This document shows, piece after piece, positions 17,478-27,716 of a DNA stretch of 64,000 bases. Position numbers and translations under genes: made by a program. Origin of the DNA: Salinispira sp. (lineage in GTDB: Bacteria; Spirochaetota; Spirochaetia; DSM-27196; Salinispiraceae); the NCBI GenBank assembly GCA_965602015.1, contig OZ271918.1:3136001-3200000 (forward strand). The letters run 5' to 3'. Positions within the stretch are counted from its first letter, which is position 1. Each line of letters begins with the position of its first letter. Under the pieces are notes generated by a model that was not told where the DNA came from, did not search any database, and was given only the letters and a program-made list of their open reading frames with translations.

Positions 17478-19244
17478 ATGACAAGTTCAGATATGGAAAA
17501 CCTCTTTGCGAACCTCGTAGAAGAAGATGGAGACGAAGCAACTATAAGCTTCGGTGACGATGCGGATTTTATAAGCAGACAGGACGGCGGAAGCCCGGAA
17601 TCCGACCCCGTACACCCCGCCCAGGCTCAGGAACAGATCGATGAGGTACTTCCCGTCGAGGGAAATCCCGGAGCTCCTGATTTCTCGGATTTATTCGGCG
17701 AAAGCCGCCCCGACCACATGGGAGACGTGGCTGACCCGTCGGCTGCCCCTCCACAGGCGGACAATGAAGAGCTTTTTACAACCTACGAAAGCCTGCTGAC
17801 CGACAAGCCCCAACCGATCTTCAAGAACAAAAATTACTACAAAATCCTTCTCCACGGAGAGGGAGAAATCGCGAAACGGGTTCACCAGCTGCTTGGCAAT
17901 TTCCTCAAAGCCCAGGATCCCCAGGACCGATCGATGCACCGGGGGAGGCTCACTCCGGCATATTGGGAACTGGCCGCAGGCATCGCCGGCAAGGTCACTC
18001 AAAAACTCCCTGTGCCCAAGACCATGCTTTTACGCTTCGGCATCCTCTTGCCAACAGCCATTTCCCCCGAGCAACGCCTGCTATTGAGCCGAATTCCCTT
18101 CACAAACGATGACAACGAGTCGCTGTTCTATACCGACGAATGGCTCAAGGCGGTTGCCTACGGACGGGTGAATGCCTCGGCCACCGATGAGACAAAAATC
18201 AGCGCGGGAAACAAGGGGTCGAAAACCAGCGCTCTCCTGGAAAAAAACCAGGGCCGGTATGATGCCCAGCTCCAGGTGGTCCGCAATCATCTATCAGATA
18301 TCCAGGCCCAGGAACGCATCCTAAAGGATCAGGTCGACGTTCTGATGCGGCACGATCCTATGCCCCGCTTCGGGAATCTTCCGGCGCCCTACAGCGACCA
18401 ACAGCGCAACAGCCTTTCCGAACTGAACAATGTGGTCCGCCGGCTGAATAATCTGAACCGCCAGGCTTCAACCGCGTATAACGAGCTCTCTCATATAAAA
18501 GATCAGCTCGAAAAACTGCAAAGCGAGGAAGAGGAAAACGGTGGAAATCCCGCGGTGGAGGCCAAGACCGTTTCGGAGGAAATGAACACCGTCAGGCAAA
18601 TGGCGAAACTGTGCGTGGGTCGGCAGGGAAATCACTTCCCGATGCTTCTCAAACAGTATTTTATTGCAAACATCAGGGATATCGGCACCAAGGAGAACGT
18701 AACAAACGCCTTGGCCGAGGTGGAGTATCTCGATCCCGATATATTCAAACGGACCTTTAAACAGCAGACCAACCGCATCGTGCCGAACATCATTCTCGTC
18801 CCTTGCTACGGCGATACGGGAATATGCTGGGAGCCCTTTGAGCGCCACGCGCGGGCTACCAGCCGTGGTCGGCTCGCGATTCCCATGTACCCGAAGGAAC
18901 TCAAAGTGGCGATAATTGCGGCCCTGGGAGACCTGCGCTGGCAGGTAGCCAAGGAGAAGGCCCAGCATTATTGGATGGAAGAGGGACTGACGGGCTGGTA
19001 TTATCAGGATTTTTCCGACAAAAAGAAAAAAGGCGATGTAAAGGATTCATTCATCCAGGATTATATTCTCTGGATTACCAGGGAGTCTGAGGGAACCCAA
19101 AAACTTGAACGGGAAGTCCGGGATATTTTCTGGCGCTATATTCCTTTCCCGCAGGACGTAAAAGACAAGCTGCGAAACCGGGGCTTCGTTTACAACGAGC
19201 TCTACAAAAAAGACATGAACCGTTCGATGTCCGACGGCTATTAA
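17478..19244 (+). CDS. Hypothetical cytoplasmic protein: acidic disordered N-terminus, coiled-coil middle, conserved-looking C-terminal domain
   Basis: 588-aa ORF with typical codon usage; motifs GRQGNHFP, WEPFE, YWMEEGLTG.YY. Confidence 0.8.
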   Translation: MTSSDMENLFANLVEEDGDEATISFGDDADFISRQDGGSPESDPVHPAQAQEQIDEVLPVEGNPGAPDFSDLFGESRPDHMGDVADPSAAPPQADNEELFTTYESLLTDKPQPIFKNKNYYKILLHGEGEIAKRVHQLLGNFLKAQDPQDRSMHRGRLTPAYWELAAGIAGKVTQKLPVPKTMLLRFGILLPTAISPEQRLLLSRIPFTNDDNESLFYTDEWLKAVAYGRVNASATDETKISAGNKGSKTSALLEKNQGRYDAQLQVVRNHLSDIQAQERILKDQVDVLMRHDPMPRFGNLPAPYSDQQRNSLSELNNVVRRLNNLNRQASTAYNELSHIKDQLEKLQSEEEENGGNPAVEAKTVSEEMNTVRQMAKLCVGRQGNHFPMLLKQYFIANIRDIGTKENVTNALAEVEYLDPDIFKRTFKQQTNRIVPNIILVPCYGDTGICWEPFERHARATSRGRLAIPMYPKELKVAIIAALGDLRWQVAKEKAQHYWMEEGLTGWYYQDFSDKKKKGDVKDSFIQDYILWITRESEGTQKLEREVRDIFWRYIPFPQDVKDKLRNRGFVYNELYKKDMNRSMSDGY

Positions 19245-19276
19245 CTGATATTCCGAGCGAGAAAGAAAGAAGGCAA

Positions 19277-19323
19277 TGCCCAGCCTTTGCTGTTGATGGG
19301 TAAAATCAGCTGTTTTCGGGGCA
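19277..19323. repeat. Dispersed 47-bp element, copy 1 (terminal TGCCC/GGGCA inverted repeat)
   Basis: Reverse complement of 19303-19324 matches 38103-38124 at 21/22 nt. Confidence 0.6.
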
Positions 19324-19357
19324 CCAAAATGCCATGTTACAACAGCCTCGCTTCATC

Positions 19358-21685
19358 TTAGCGCACTTCTATAATTCTGGTTTCCCTGCGGCCGCCGGAA
19401 TCCAGAGTAAATCGCTGAACACCGCGCCGTATCTGCCAAAAAACCTCGGAGGGAAGTTCGCCGTCATACAGGAGCGCCCCGTTATTCCTCAAAACTCCCC
19501 TGCCTTCTCCCATCAGATAGAAACGGATTTGCTGGCTGCCCGGATCAATCATGGGGTCGAAATAGAAAACGGCCCCGTCCGACGGACCCAGAATATCCAG
19601 CTCACTCCGGTCGGCGAACTCGAGATTATAGCCGTAGCGGGCCGCCCAGGAAGCGTACTCCTGGGGGTAGCGAAGACGTCCCCGTGAATCGTGCCAGTGG
19701 CAGTATTCGGGAACTGAATCGGCAGCGAAATACTCTTCAATGACAATCGAACAGCCCTCATGTGCCCTGAGTCCGCTGATGGCGCATATTTCCCGTACCG
19801 TCACTTCAGCGGGCATGTCGGGCAAGGGTCCGCCGGTGGAGAGCTCGTTGAGAAGCTGATGAAGAAGTTCTGCGGGAAGCGATGAACCGGGAGCTCCGAT
19901 GACCGTATCGCCGGAGAAATTCCCCATCCACATTGCGCCTCCGATATCCGCCGCGTAGCCGGCTGCCCATATGTTATTGAACTGGTTTGATGTGCCGGTT
20001 TTTACAAATACCGGGAAATTGAAGCGAAGGGGACTGCGCCGTCCGAAGGTCATCACCCGTTCATCATGGCTGGATAACACATCCCGAATTAGAGCGGCGG
20101 ATGCCGGGGAAAACACCTGCGGGCTCTCCTCGGCTGAAGCGTTGGATCCCGATTGGGCAAACGCCTGGCCGCCGGGATTCCTTCTGTCTGTCAGAAGCAC
20201 AAGGGGAGCGTAGCTTCCATTGAGGTACAGACTGCGGTACGCGCGGGCCAGCTCCCACAGACTTACGTCCGCACCGCCCACCGCCAAACTGACTCCGAGA
20301 CGGTCTTTCTGACTTTCCAGGGATTCGAACCCGAGCTGATCCAGAGCTTCAGTAAACGCATCGACGGAAATGCGCTCAAGCACATAGACCGCAGGGATGT
20401 TGAGGCTGCTGGCAAGGGCCTGGCGCAGTCTGACCGGGCCGTGATACTGCTCATTAAAATTCTCCGGGCGGTACACCTCAGCGCCGCCGAAGTCCAGAGG
20501 CAGGTCCGGAAGAACCGTTGAGAGGCTAAATCCTCTGTCCAGGGCTGCAGCGAAAAGAAAGGGTTTCAAGGTCGAACCGGGCTGGCGGAGTATCTGGACC
20601 CCGTCGATCTGACCTCCGTCCTCGTCGGAAAAATCAGCGCTTCCGGCATATGCCAGAACCTCCCCGGTTCGACTGTCGGTGAGGATTCCCGCCGCATTGC
20701 TGATTCGATGCTGTCTTGCGTCTTCAACGGCGGCAAACAGACGGCGTTCAAGAAGATGCTGGATGCCAAGGTCGAGACTTGTGTCTATAGTCCAGCCGGA
20801 AAAGTCGTACCCGTGAGGTGCTGGGCCCACGGGCTTCAGGCTCATCTCTTCCATGCCTCGTTCCTCGATTTGAGCGGTGAGAAAGCGGATAAAGTGGGGG
20901 GCTTCAAACGGCCAGGGAGATGCGGAAGAAAGCATCGCCGCTTGAGCATACACCCAATCCATATTGCCGCCGCTGCCGAAACGCCGATACAGTTCCACAG
21001 CAGGCGGGGGCGCGGAATCGCGTGCCGAGGGATCGTTGGCAGAGGGAGCCCGGGGCACCACTGCAAGGGCGCACAATTCGGCGACGCTGAGCTCGGAAAT
21101 ATCCCGATGAAAAAACTCCCGGGCAGCTGCGGGAAAACCCTCGATATTTGAGCCCATGGGAACCAGGTTGAGGTATAGCTCCAGAATTTCATTCTTGCTC
21201 AGCCGCAGTTCGAGTCTGAGGGCATCGGCCATTTCCATTATTTTGCCGGGTACGCCACCGGACCGGGGAATGAGCATGCTGGCCAGCTGCATGCTTATGG
21301 TGCTTGCGCCCCTGACGGATGACACCCCTCCTTCGTCGGCGGCGGTGACGTAGTCAAAGGTTGCCCTCATCAGAGAGAATAAATCTACGCCCATATGAAA
21401 CCGGAACCTTCGATCCTCGGCGGCCACCACTATGCGCCTGGTTTCAGGCGGCATATCTTTACTATCAGTCCACATCCTTCGAAGGCCGGCCTCATTCACC
21501 GGCTCGATGTAGAGTTCACTGCCGTGTCGGTCCAGAAACACCCGGGAAAAGCGAAGTTCCTCCAGGGCATCTGTTCCCCGCCATGGCAGAAGGTAGAGAA
21601 GTCCCGCAGCTCCGGCACAAGCGACAAAAACGATTACAAGGACCCGGGCAAGGCGGCGGAGCAGTCTGTGCCTCTTAGTGAACAC
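19358..21685 (-). CDS. pbpC: Penicillin-binding protein 1C
   Basis: Transglycosylase AEDRRF..H.GVD, GASTI.MQLA, SK.EILELYLN; transpeptidase GSTLK, SLN, KTGTS; C-terminal CAISG/BiPBP-like domain; next to the A2M gene. Confidence 0.93.
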   Translation of the reverse strand: MFTKRHRLLRRLARVLVIVFVACAGAAGLLYLLPWRGTDALEELRFSRVFLDRHGSELYIEPVNEAGLRRMWTDSKDMPPETRRIVVAAEDRRFRFHMGVDLFSLMRATFDYVTAADEGGVSSVRGASTISMQLASMLIPRSGGVPGKIMEMADALRLELRLSKNEILELYLNLVPMGSNIEGFPAAAREFFHRDISELSVAELCALAVVPRAPSANDPSARDSAPPPAVELYRRFGSGGNMDWVYAQAAMLSSASPWPFEAPHFIRFLTAQIEERGMEEMSLKPVGPAPHGYDFSGWTIDTSLDLGIQHLLERRLFAAVEDARQHRISNAAGILTDSRTGEVLAYAGSADFSDEDGGQIDGVQILRQPGSTLKPFLFAAALDRGFSLSTVLPDLPLDFGGAEVYRPENFNEQYHGPVRLRQALASSLNIPAVYVLERISVDAFTEALDQLGFESLESQKDRLGVSLAVGGADVSLWELARAYRSLYLNGSYAPLVLLTDRRNPGGQAFAQSGSNASAEESPQVFSPASAALIRDVLSSHDERVMTFGRRSPLRFNFPVFVKTGTSNQFNNIWAAGYAADIGGAMWMGNFSGDTVIGAPGSSLPAELLHQLLNELSTGGPLPDMPAEVTVREICAISGLRAHEGCSIVIEEYFAADSVPEYCHWHDSRGRLRYPQEYASWAARYGYNLEFADRSELDILGPSDGAVFYFDPMIDPGSQQIRFYLMGEGRGVLRNNGALLYDGELPSEVFWQIRRGVQRFTLDSGGRRETRIIEVR

Positions 21686-21693
21686 CGATACTC

Positions 21694-24600
21694 CTACTGG
21701 CCTTCAATAATGTAGAGCCTGCCCCCGCTTCGGCCGAAAATCTCCGGCTCGAACTCCGCCCTGGCTTGAGCCGGCGGAGTCGGGTATATTCCCGGCGTCG
21801 TTGTCCTTATGAGAAAGCTGACCTCCCGGTCTCCGGCGTAAAAGTCCTCCCACAGGTAACTGATTCCGTTGTCGTAAATTCTCTGTACAGGCCGGTAAAA
21901 CCAGAACCACCACCCGCCGGGGCCATAGCCCGCGTATCCGTCAGCCAGAAACTCCTGGCTGTCCCCGTATACCGTCTCGCGGGTCCAGGATTCAGATTGT
22001 AATCCTCCGGCATCGTCATAGCTTCCGGTGATTTTGAGATTCGGGTCGAGAATTTCCGCCCCTGAGGGGATTGGCACATTGAGAGTGAGAAAGCTCAGGC
22101 GCCGGGTGGTGCTGAGAAAAACCCGCACCCGCAATGTTTCACCGAGGGGCAAAACTTCGCCGCTCACCAGCTCGCCGTCGAGGGTTTCGATCTGACTGCG
22201 CAGCTCAACGCCTTCATCTCTTGCCTGCGCCGTCTCCCCGGGAAGGGCGTACTCGAGGGTACTGCTGTAGTACAGCTGACCCCTGCCTTGTTTTTCAATC
22301 TCAAGGCTCATCATCCGGTCTCTCGGCAGGTCTGCCAGGGGCGCTTCAAAGAGGGGAAGGACCGTGCTGAAACCGGGCTCCCGGCTTATAAGATTTGCCC
22401 CGTCAACTGATACCGTCGCGGTGATATTATCTGAAGGATCTTCCCCGGCCAACAACGGGATAAACCCGTAGACAGTCCAGAAATCATCAAAAGGCGAATG
22501 AAAACGCCGGCTGTTTCTCGATGCGTTTAGCGTACCGGCGATTCTCAGGAGCAGCTCCGGAGATTCGTTCATCAATGTGGCTGTCCGGAGAAAGAGACCG
22601 AGCTCGGCTTCCCTGCTGTCGAAGTATCCCCGGACCTCATAGGTCTCCCGGAGATCCACAGAGCGGGTTCCCAGGTTCATGAAATTCCTGCTTCGCATGT
22701 ACAGGCGTCGGGCTGCGCTTCGCTCGCCCAGTACCAGATAGGCCTCCGCCAGAAGGTTGTAGCCTGCGATTCCCAGCTGGTCCTCCAGGGCTTCCAGGGG
22801 TTCCAGGTTCTCGGCTTCTACCAGGCCGAGCTTGGCCAAAAGCAGGGCGTTCCAGGCGTGAATCATACCGACCGTCGTGCCCTCTGACCGGGGCTGCAGA
22901 TTGGTTAAGAGGTAGCGTCCCAGTGCGTCGAGATCGATGTAATCGCCGGAATCGACGGAAAAGTCCTCAGTCATAATGAGGACGTGGGCGGTCAGGAGCG
23001 ACAGGAAAATGTTTTCCCTCGCAAAGGATTGCCGGGGACTCCGGTACCCGATGCCGCCGCTTTCGAACTGATTCTCCGCAAGCTCCCTGAGAACCGACAT
23101 ATCCGGCGTCCCGTACCCTGCAGCCCGAACAGCAAGATCAAACAGCCTGCTGTTGTAAAAAGACCGGGTATCGCCCGGCGCCAACAGCAGGCGGTCCGCC
23201 GATGGACGCACCAGGGGAGCGAGGCTGCTGTCCACATTAATTCGCAGTGTTCCGTAGCCATCGGCGATTGCAGATGGCAGCACCAGTCCCTCCACTGCCC
23301 TCGGGGCCTGTTCGCCGTCTTCCTCCCCGCCGCCAGCGTCGCCGAGGACCGCGCCGATGCTCGTGAAAGCCTCGGTAATCAGGGGCCGCTCAACCACAAC
23401 CGGTTCATGCAGCACTTCGTTAACCACCGCGCTTTGGGTGATAAAGCGAATCACCCCCTGCCCTTCGAAAACAGCTTCCAGGATAAATGGCAGTTCATAG
23501 CTGCTGTTTGCCGGGACGGTTATTGTCCGTTCTGCCGGACCGGCGACGCGCAGTATGTCCGATTCGACCCGTATAGTCAGTTCCTGGTCTTCGGCAGTGG
23601 TGTTGGTAAGCACGACGCCTGCGGCCACGCTGTCCCGGTTTCTAAATCTTCTCGGCAAAGCGGTTCGGATGTTCACCGGATTCTGTACGAGTATTTCGTC
23701 TTCTTCGATGCCCAGGCGGTTCCCGTGCAGAGCCAGGGCTGTTACCCGGTAACTGGTCAGGCTGTCCGGCAGTAAAAAGTCGACCCGGGCATAGCCGTCC
23801 TGATCGGTGAAGATGGCAGGTTCGAAGAGTGCCAGGGGATTGAAGTCTTCCCGTTCCTCCATTTTTCCCGAATCGCCCCCCTGGAGAGTTGAAATGTCGT
23901 AGGTGACCGGTCTCATCAACAGCCGACGACTGTCGTCCCCCTCCACGCCCAGGGGGAAATTCCGCTCATCATAGAAAAACGCCACGGGATCGGGAACCCG
24001 GTAATCAATAAGATCCAGGACACCACGGTCCACAGCCAAAATCGTGACCTCAGCACCGGCAACCGGTTCCCCGTTGCGGGTAACCCGGACGCTGATGCCC
24101 GCATCGTCGCCGGGGCCGTAGGAATCACTGTCGCCCTCTACTTCCACATCAAGCTCAACCGCCTCGGTGCTGACCCGAACCGAAGTGATGCCGAACAGTC
24201 CCCTGGGCTTCCCCAAATCGGGCTGAAAGTAGTCGTCCTGTGTCTCCGTTCGCTCGGTGAACGAACTCAGCGCCACATAAAAAACCGGCAAGTACTCTTC
24301 CAGAACGGGGACCTCAATGACCCTGGTGCTTCCGTCCAGGGAAATGACTTCCTGAGACAGTATGCCTTCGCGCTCCACGCTGAGAAGATACCGTCCCCGG
24401 GGAATAGGGCTCTGGACCAGAATTCTTGCAGTTTCACCGGGACTGTACAGGGCCTTGTCCACCGTCATGGTAATATCCGAAGGAGTCTGACTCGCCGTTT
24501 GCACCCATCCGCTTCCCGTCGCATAAAACGGAATTTCAGTTCTGCTCATCCTTCCGCGCTCGTCGGCGGCGGTGAAGTACAGGGTATAACGACCCGGATC

Positions 24601-27600
24601 TTCGACGGTAAAATCATAAGAAAATTCGCCGTTTACCACATCGGCACTGCTGCTGTACAGGGTTTCTTCCACATATTCCCATCGGGTATTTATGCGGCCG
24701 TAGAGCCCCTGCTGCTGAGCAGCCTTCCACTCGCCTTTGATCAGCCCGTACTCTATCGGTGCCGACGCCTGTACCGGCTCGCCGTCGATGTTCACCAGGC
24801 GGACTTCCGCCCGGATCTGGTCGCCGGTCGGGACGAATCGGCTCCACCACCCCGTCGTGCTGCCCTGGGAGAATCGCGCCGCAATGTAAAAATCCGCGGG
24901 ATGCACCAGCACCGAGGCCCGGCTTGCCACAACCTGCCGGTCGATGTCCTCGACCCTTGTTTCGAGGGTATATTCGTAGGGTTTACCTTCCAGTTCCTGT
25001 TCGGCTGTCCCGCTTTGGATTCCCGTTTGGCCCGACCCGGACAGAACCCCCCTGCCAGTGGTCAAATTTCGCTCATAACCCCATTCGCTGGTACCAAAAC
25101 TCCAGTCCTGCCAGCGAGTTCCCGGGGGAACGTAATTAACCGGTCGCCGGGTCCAGAAGTAATCATAGGAAGCGGAAGCCAGAACACCTCCTGCAAGGTA
25201 CTCTGCGCTTACCGCTGCATCAATGTTATCCCCGGCGAACAACTCGGTATCGACAATGGATGTTTCAACGGCGAATGTCACCCGACGGAAATTACCCACG
25301 TAGAACGAGAGCTGCCGGGTGTTATAGCGCTCGCTGCCGTACTGGTAGTACAGCCGGTAGTCTCCGGGCTCAAGATCCTCACCCAGTGAAATCCGGGTTG
25401 AAAATCCGCCGGACTCGCTGGGCCGCACCGGGCTCCGCCAGATTTCTTCTCCGCTTTGCTGATGGCGGATGTACATCTGAAATTCACCCGTCGCCGGTGA
25501 GAATCCGTTGGCGTCCTGACTCCAGTGAATGCCCCGGATTGCCAGCTCCTCCCCGGGTTTGTAAATCCCCCGGTCGGTGAACATAAACACCCTTTCCATG
25601 GGAATCAGGGCGTCTTCGGGATCCCGAGTACGGTACACATTGAAGCGGTAAGAATTATGGGTCGATGCAGTCAGCATTTCCGCTGAGTCCCGGTCCTTCC
25701 TCACCAATATGTGCAGATCATCATCCCTGGTGCGGAAATTCGTGGCAAATCTGCGCTGAAAAACCCCGTCCGCAAGCTCAATCACCGCAAGTCCCTGTGA
25801 ATCGCTCTGCCCCTGGAACCGGGCTCCCTGGAGATTAAACACTTCCACCTCCGCGCCTTCCACGGCAGTTCCGTCGGAGAGCCGGTTGACCCACACGAGT
25901 ACCCGATTATAGGCAATTCTTGCGGTGATTCCCAAATCTGTAACCTGTACCGTCAAGCGGTCCGAATCTGTTACATCCCGGGCATTCCGGACTAATTCGG
26001 GGTCCTTCTGTGCCCTCCAGGCGAGACTGACGCTGCCGAACCCCTCGGAATTCAAGTACCCGCTGAGATCCTCTTCATAAAAGCGCACATAATCCCGCTG
26101 AAGTTCGGAAATATCATAGCTGCTAAGGGAAATCGAGGGCTCCTGAGTCTGAAAACCCCTGACCGTCCGCTGAATTCCAAGAGCGAAATCATTGATGTTC
26201 CGCAGGGAAAACACAATCTTAGGATCGAATTCCGCTTCCAGATGCCGGAGCCCCGAGTAATGTGAGGGGAAATCGATGCTGGCGCTGGGGCGGGGAATCG
26301 TATAGGACAAAACCTGACTGTCCCCCAGAGTCCTTCCGAAAACATCGCGGATCCCCGCGGGGGGGATGAGTGCGACGGTCTGACCGGGTCTGGCATCGGG
26401 CACAAAAATCCGCAGGCGGGAAAAGTACTGCTGCACCTCCTGAATTTCCACCTCGGTTCCGTCAAGAGAAACTGTCAACGACAGAGCATCCATCCCTTCC
26501 TCGAGCCCGTGTGAAAACTCGATGTACAGCGGGTAGGCATAGGGTCGGTTATCCATGGGAAAATTGCCGCTGTACCCCGTCAGCCTCCGGGCGGCAAAGG
26601 GATAAATAGTACGCATGGTAAAGCTTTGATCGATAAGCGTCGGAGGAAATCCGGAGCGCGGTACGGCCCCGGCCTTCAAAGCGATGGTGATTCCCGAATT
26701 TTCCGGCGGTTCGTTTTCAAGGACGAGCTGCACCGCCCGGGGAATCCGGCTTTCCAGCTCAGACCGGTATTCGGGGCGTTGAACGCTAAACGCCAGGCTT
26801 TCATCTGAAAGCATCAGCTCAATATGCCCGGCCACCATGTCGGGATCAACAGGCTGATTAAACTCTAATGTCAGGCGCCGGGCGAGGCTTGTCGGCACAT
26901 TAAAAAGCTGGGAAAATCCATCCTGGGGGTCGCCGGGGTACACCTGGACGATTTTTAGTCGTTCGGAAAAAATATCGAAGTCGAAGCCCTCCGCCAGAGT
27001 TTCTCCTGTTAGGGATGTGGCTGCGGGCAAAACCGAAACCCGGTAACGCGGCTCTTCGAGCAACGGAACATCCGGCTCAAAGCTCAGGGTTCGGCTGCCG
27101 TACCAACGGAACACGCCGGGGACCGGGGGGTCCAGGCTCATTATTTCGCTGGTATCCATTACCTCCCCTAGCCGGGCTACGGGGACCATTGGCTGGTTAA
27201 ACATGACGAATATTCTCGGCGTCGAGTTCTCCACCGGAAGAACGCCCCGGGGACCGTAATCCACAATCTCAAGCGGGCTTTCCGCCGCGTCCAGAGCGCC
27301 TATCTGGTTTAATGCCGCATTGGTATCCACCGAGAAGTAGCGGATGGTTCCTACGCTGAAATCAATGGCGTCTCGGATGAACCCTTCCTGAACAATGCGG
27401 GGCCGTTCGGCGCGGCTCATCAGCTCACCGGCTGCCTGGGCGGATTCATCCCCTATGAGGCCGCTTTGAAGGAAGCGAAGACTGTCCTCCTTCTCGTCGG
27501 CCGACATGGCCGTGAAATCCGGTACTTCCGCGGAGTTTCCGCAGCCCGCAAGAAAAACGAATGCCGATAGCAGCACGAGGGCTGCAAGGAAAAACAGGGG

Positions 27601-27624
27601 TAATGTGGACGGGGAATTGGACAT
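21694..27624 (-). CDS. Alpha-2-macroglobulin family lipoprotein
   Basis: Lipobox LAGC; FNQPM Ig-like domain; VTDLG; FTDRGIYKPGE; VDK..YSPGE; AVDRGVL; LPDSLTSYRV; YPTPPA.A...FEPE.FGR. Confidence 0.93.
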   Translation of the reverse strand: MSNSPSTLPLFFLAALVLLSAFVFLAGCGNSAEVPDFTAMSADEKEDSLRFLQSGLIGDESAQAAGELMSRAERPRIVQEGFIRDAIDFSVGTIRYFSVDTNAALNQIGALDAAESPLEIVDYGPRGVLPVENSTPRIFVMFNQPMVPVARLGEVMDTSEIMSLDPPVPGVFRWYGSRTLSFEPDVPLLEEPRYRVSVLPAATSLTGETLAEGFDFDIFSERLKIVQVYPGDPQDGFSQLFNVPTSLARRLTLEFNQPVDPDMVAGHIELMLSDESLAFSVQRPEYRSELESRIPRAVQLVLENEPPENSGITIALKAGAVPRSGFPPTLIDQSFTMRTIYPFAARRLTGYSGNFPMDNRPYAYPLYIEFSHGLEEGMDALSLTVSLDGTEVEIQEVQQYFSRLRIFVPDARPGQTVALIPPAGIRDVFGRTLGDSQVLSYTIPRPSASIDFPSHYSGLRHLEAEFDPKIVFSLRNINDFALGIQRTVRGFQTQEPSISLSSYDISELQRDYVRFYEEDLSGYLNSEGFGSVSLAWRAQKDPELVRNARDVTDSDRLTVQVTDLGITARIAYNRVLVWVNRLSDGTAVEGAEVEVFNLQGARFQGQSDSQGLAVIELADGVFQRRFATNFRTRDDDLHILVRKDRDSAEMLTASTHNSYRFNVYRTRDPEDALIPMERVFMFTDRGIYKPGEELAIRGIHWSQDANGFSPATGEFQMYIRHQQSGEEIWRSPVRPSESGGFSTRISLGEDLEPGDYRLYYQYGSERYNTRQLSFYVGNFRRVTFAVETSIVDTELFAGDNIDAAVSAEYLAGGVLASASYDYFWTRRPVNYVPPGTRWQDWSFGTSEWGYERNLTTGRGVLSGSGQTGIQSGTAEQELEGKPYEYTLETRVEDIDRQVVASRASVLVHPADFYIAARFSQGSTTGWWSRFVPTGDQIRAEVRLVNIDGEPVQASAPIEYGLIKGEWKAAQQQGLYGRINTRWEYVEETLYSSSADVVNGEFSYDFTVEDPGRYTLYFTAADERGRMSRTEIPFYATGSGWVQTASQTPSDITMTVDKALYSPGETARILVQSPIPRGRYLLSVEREGILSQEVISLDGSTRVIEVPVLEEYLPVFYVALSSFTERTETQDDYFQPDLGKPRGLFGITSVRVSTEAVELDVEVEGDSDSYGPGDDAGISVRVTRNGEPVAGAEVTILAVDRGVLDLIDYRVPDPVAFFYDERNFPLGVEGDDSRRLLMRPVTYDISTLQGGDSGKMEEREDFNPLALFEPAIFTDQDGYARVDFLLPDSLTSYRVTALALHGNRLGIEEDEILVQNPVNIRTALPRRFRNRDSVAAGVVLTNTTAEDQELTIRVESDILRVAGPAERTITVPANSSYELPFILEAVFEGQGVIRFITQSAVVNEVLHEPVVVERPLITEAFTSIGAVLGDAGGGEEDGEQAPRAVEGLVLPSAIADGYGTLRINVDSSLAPLVRPSADRLLLAPGDTRSFYNSRLFDLAVRAAGYGTPDMSVLRELAENQFESGGIGYRSPRQSFARENIFLSLLTAHVLIMTEDFSVDSGDYIDLDALGRYLLTNLQPRSEGTTVGMIHAWNALLLAKLGLVEAENLEPLEALEDQLGIAGYNLLAEAYLVLGERSAARRLYMRSRNFMNLGTRSVDLRETYEVRGYFDSREAELGLFLRTATLMNESPELLLRIAGTLNASRNSRRFHSPFDDFWTVYGFIPLLAGEDPSDNITATVSVDGANLISREPGFSTVLPLFEAPLADLPRDRMMSLEIEKQGRGQLYYSSTLEYALPGETAQARDEGVELRSQIETLDGELVSGEVLPLGETLRVRVFLSTTRRLSFLTLNVPIPSGAEILDPNLKITGSYDDAGGLQSESWTRETVYGDSQEFLADGYAGYGPGGWWFWFYRPVQRIYDNGISYLWEDFYAGDREVSFLIRTTTPGIYPTPPAQARAEFEPEIFGRSGGRLYIIEGQ

Positions 27625-27716
27625 ATAGGGTCTCCTGGACAGCTGCGGGTACAGGAAACAGTATTTATGAGAGCGCCCGGTTTATCAAGGAAAACCGGGC
27701 GCTTAGCTGGGGTTTC

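Noticed and set aside
17297..17480. tRNA-Ala as an island integration site
   Set aside because: No integrase nearby, no duplicate of the tRNA 3' end noticed, and no compositional shift downstream
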